Virus record (IMG/VR): IMGVR_UViG_3300046817_000498 | Reading direction: 5' to 3' (one strand) | Length of the DNA stretch: 64,000 nt | DNA from: a virus | Shown: positions 61,656-64,000 of the stretch, piece by piece | Layout: every line of letters starts with the position of its first letter | Position numbering within the stretch: the stretch's first letter is position 1 | Notes under the pieces: generated by a model | What the model saw: the letters and a program-made list of their open reading frames with translations, nothing else | Database searches by the model: none | Told to the model about the DNA's origin: nothing | Translations under genes and position numbers: made by a program

Positions 61656-62218
61656 GGAAGAATGTTCGCGGTCATTCCGCTGTCAACGTTGGTTTTCTCC
61701 GGAACGAAACCGACTACTGAAAAGCTCCACATCATGTCGCGCTCGCTTTGGATCACGCTCACGAAGCCGAGATCGCGCAGCATCTGGGCGACATCGTCAG
61801 GACGGAAAAGGTGCAAATGCTTTCGACAGTTCTGCGGTCGCCAGTACGCCATGTCCGGATGCGGCAAAAACAGATAAAGCACGCCGCCGGCGCGCAGCCT
61901 GGTCTTCCAGTGCTCGATCGCGGCCACCGGGTTCGCGAGGTGCTCGAGGCAATGGGATGAAAAGACGTAGTCCCAGATGCCCTCAGGGAGAGCGCAGGCG
62001 TCTTTCCCGTCCGCCAGATCAATCGGGCGTGCGCCCTTCAGCGGCCATTTCCCGCATCCCACGTCCAGGCCGATCCCGCGGCAGAACTGCTTCGCGATCG
62101 GCTCGATGAACTGCATCGCGTTGCCGTGCTTCAGGTAGTCCGGATACAGCTGGCCGCGATATTCGAATAGTTCGACGACCTCGGAACCGATGTTCCGGTT
62201 TTTCACGACGGCGCTCAT
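61649..62218 (-). CDS. class I SAM-dependent methyltransferase
   Basis: 189 aa. GLDVGCGKW ... WDYVFSSHCLEHL ... GGVLYLFLPH. Confidence 0.65.
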   Translation of the reverse strand: MSAVVKNRNIGSEVVELFEYRGQLYPDYLKHGNAMQFIEPIAKQFCRGIGLDVGCGKWPLKGARPIDLADGKDACALPEGIWDYVFSSHCLEHLANPVAAIEHWKTRLRAGGVLYLFLPHPDMAYWRPQNCRKHLHLFRPDDVAQMLRDLGFVSVIQSERDMMWSFSVVGFVPEKTNVDSGMTANILPC

Positions 62219-62901
62219 GCGGCCGCCCGCGCCTGCATCAATCCGGCGAGCTTAGAATCGAATGTAATCGGGCGCGCGACTGAGTTTTCTCTAAGCCATT
62301 TCGCCTCAATCCCGGGCCGATGCCCAATCGGGTCCGACGGATCGCCGGCCTTCCAGCGCTCGTCGACATTGTGGATCCCGGAGCTGAAGAAGTCGAAGCC
62401 GGTCAGGTAGGCGTTCTTGGGCTCGCAAGCCAGCACGTCGAGAATCGCGGCGAACCCGGTCGACGGAATATGGCGCCCGAGCAACTCGAAGGATCTGAGG
62501 AAATGCTCGACCGTCGGCACGAACGTATCGCAGAACCAGAAGCGCGTGGCCGCGCGCACCGAGTAGATATACCGGAAGTCGATCCCGGCCTGCTTGTAGT
62601 TGCGCTCATGCCATTCAGATTCCAGCGCTTTGGCGTCGGGGCATTTACACATGCAGAGTTGCACGCGGTCGTGCTCGAGCTCATCTCGAGTCTTCCGGAT
62701 CGAATTGCCATAGAACGAATAGTGCACATCGCAACGCGCGCCCGCGGCCGCCCCCAGCTTGTAATTGTTGACCCGGATGACGACGTCGTGCGAGTCGATG
62801 AAGCCCGGGGTGTTCTCGAGAACGGAGGGCGCGCTACCGACGATCGCCACGCTCTTCCCGCGCAACCGCTCGGCGACCTCAGAAAAGCTCACGAAACGCA
62901 C
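62215..62901 (-). CDS. glycosyltransferase family 29 (sialyltransferase)-like protein
   Basis: 228 aa. Motif L-like SVAIVGSAPSVLE..FIDSHDVVIRVNN, motif S-like IPSTGFAAILDVLAC..AYLTGFDF, then GHRPGIE. Confidence 0.55.
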   Translation of the reverse strand: MRFVSFSEVAERLRGKSVAIVGSAPSVLENTPGFIDSHDVVIRVNNYKLGAAAGARCDVHYSFYGNSIRKTRDELEHDRVQLCMCKCPDAKALESEWHERNYKQAGIDFRYIYSVRAATRFWFCDTFVPTVEHFLRSFELLGRHIPSTGFAAILDVLACEPKNAYLTGFDFFSSGIHNVDERWKAGDPSDPIGHRPGIEAKWLRENSVARPITFDSKLAGLMQARAAA

Positions 62902-63661
62902 GCGTTGCTCCTTTGATTTGCTCTACCGGCCAGTCGTCCACGACCCAGCACGATGTGTCCTTGCTGAGCACTTTCTGCGGCGTGATGCTCGAGATGTAGT
63001 AATGCCTAGCAGGCGACATTCCATCGGCCGCCCAAACCACAAGGAGCGGCTTGTCGAACATTTCGGCGAGCGGCACGCAGAATGAAACCTGCGCGACGAA
63101 TCCGTCCGCGATCTTCCCCAGGTCCATGAGGTCAGACACGGAGGTGCCGCCGTTCAAGCTGATGTCGGCCTTGATCGGATAGACCTGCTCGGCCTTTCCG
63201 ATTTGCACCAAGAAGCAGCCATCCAATGCGGCCAGCGCGGCGTGGAACGCGGAACTGCTGGGCAACAGCTCGGCGCCAAATCCATCCTTGCGCTCCATCG
63301 GCGTGCGCCCGCCATGCACGATGACGATGGGGCGAGCATCGGCCTTCTCCTTGAGCCCTTCGACCAGTTTGTGATTGCGTACCGTCCAGTCGATCGATAG
63401 CGGGATATCGCTTCCGAGACCGGCGGAAATCGCCATGTCCTGAAATTGATTCGAGCCCTTAACCAGCTTGCGAGTGGTGTAATGCGCAAGCGTGGTCACC
63501 CCGAAGCGGTCGAACGGCTCGACCTTGACTTCAAGCCCAATGAAGGCATCAGGATAGTTGGAGCGAACGGTCACCGGCTCTCCGCCGCGCAGCATTTCCG
63601 CAGCTATGGAGCGCAGATAGAAACTGTCGCCCAAGCCTGAACCGGCGCGAATGATGTTCAC
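62879..63661 (-). CDS. glycosyltransferase family 9 (heptosyltransferase)-like protein
   Basis: 260 aa. MNIIRAGSGLGDSFYLRSI N-terminus, and a C-terminal half with IVIVHGG ... VQIGK ... SDLMDLGKIADGFVAQVSFCVPLAEMF. Confidence 0.5.
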   Translation of the reverse strand: MNIIRAGSGLGDSFYLRSIAAEMLRGGEPVTVRSNYPDAFIGLEVKVEPFDRFGVTTLAHYTTRKLVKGSNQFQDMAISAGLGSDIPLSIDWTVRNHKLVEGLKEKADARPIVIVHGGRTPMERKDGFGAELLPSSSAFHAALAALDGCFLVQIGKAEQVYPIKADISLNGGTSVSDLMDLGKIADGFVAQVSFCVPLAEMFDKPLLVVWAADGMSPARHYYISSITPQKVLSKDTSCWVVDDWPVEQIKGATRAFRELF

Positions 63662-63686
63662 GATTCCCCAAAATTGGCACAGTCTG

Positions 63687-64000
63687 TCAAGCGATAGCCT
63701 CCTCGAGCGTCATTTTCGGAAACGAGTCGATCGCCGAACGAAGATTGCAGTTGATGACCGTGATGCCGGCGGCCACGATCTCGCGCTCCGCGGCCGAGAA
63801 AGAGCGCCGCATGCTCTCGAAGAAAAGCTGCCACGGCACGCTGCGGGGGTTTTCCCCGAACCAATGGCTGCGCCCTGCCTCGTCTTGCGCGCCGTCGAAT
63901 CCAAAAAGCAGGATCTTCTTCGCTCCGGCTAGGATCGCGAGATTCAGCGCCTGATATCCGCTGTTTCTTCCGGAAGCGAGCATCTTGGGATCGAGCGAGA
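63687..64000 (-). CDS. DUF115 / Maf-like glycosyltransferase, C-terminal part (gene runs off window)
   Basis: GRNSGYQALNLAILAGAKKILLFGFDG resembles the MptE/motility-accessory-factor core. The frame stays open upstream of the listed ATG to the window end. Confidence 0.45.
   Translation of the reverse strand, partial: SLDPKMLASGRNSGYQALNLAILAGAKKILLFGFDGAQDEAGRSHWFGENPRSVPWQLFFESMRRSFSAAEREIVAAGITVINCNLRSAIDSFPKMTLEEAIA

Larger units (their letters stand above)
45404..64000. mobile_element. siphovirus-type prophage or tail-like element (region B), partial
   Basis: Neck, tail tube, chaperones with frameshift, tape measure, distal tail and lysis-like genes all lie on the minus strand. The element runs past the window end, and head genes are not seen. 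Confidence 0.55.

Noticed and set aside
1-64000. CRISPR arrays, a reverse transcriptase/diversity-generating retroelement near the tail fibre genes, and rRNA genes.
   Set aside because: No regularly spaced short repeats were seen. No ORF carries a YxDD-type reverse transcriptase motif, and no template/variable repeat pair was noticed by eye near 3453..6495 or 48092..54179. A self dot plot would be needed to exclude short TR/VR pairs rigorously.

Overview
High-GC bacterial DNA made up mostly of two phage-derived regions, called from hand translation, motif recognition and synteny only. Region A (about 1.5-43.4 kb) looks like a complete P22-like temperate prophage. Its minus-strand late operon runs small-terminase-like, TerL, tRNA-Met(CAT), portal, scaffold, P22-type coat, adaptor/hub, ejection proteins, two tail fibres, lipoprotein, GH24 endolysin, holin and nested spanins. 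Minus-strand middle genes are an HTH regulator, a DPPY methyltransferase, a replication protein, a resolvase-like nuclease, GroES, RyR and a PAPS-reductase-like protein. A divergent plus-strand early operon carries ERF, YqaJ exonuclease, C5-methyltransferase, NinB-like, HNH, a HerA-like ATPase, DUF4224 and a tyrosine integrase. That operon ends at a 45-nt tRNA-Asn 3' fragment, the att core. The first 1.5 kb holds plus-strand phage genes, including a mosaic duplicate of a gene at 38.6-39.5 kb, so the left border of region A is unresolved. 43.4-45.3 kb is a short non-structural segment (secreted protein, XRE-type HTH, SprT-like protease). It ends at a tRNA/tmRNA-like 3' fragment with back-to-back promoters. 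Region B (45.4-64 kb, running off the window) is a siphovirus-type neck/tail module with a lysis-like membrane gene set. The most unusual feature is a seven-gene glycosyltransferase/methyltransferase block in region B that is translationally coupled to the head-tail adaptor gene. Other notable points: a C5-methyltransferase locus with protein-like signal in two overlapping frames, a short Tat-signal protein copying the coat N-arm, a Tat-signal gene coupled to the portal gene, and a HerA-like ATPase fused to winged-helix repeats next to the integrase. No CRISPR array, reverse transcriptase or rRNA was seen.
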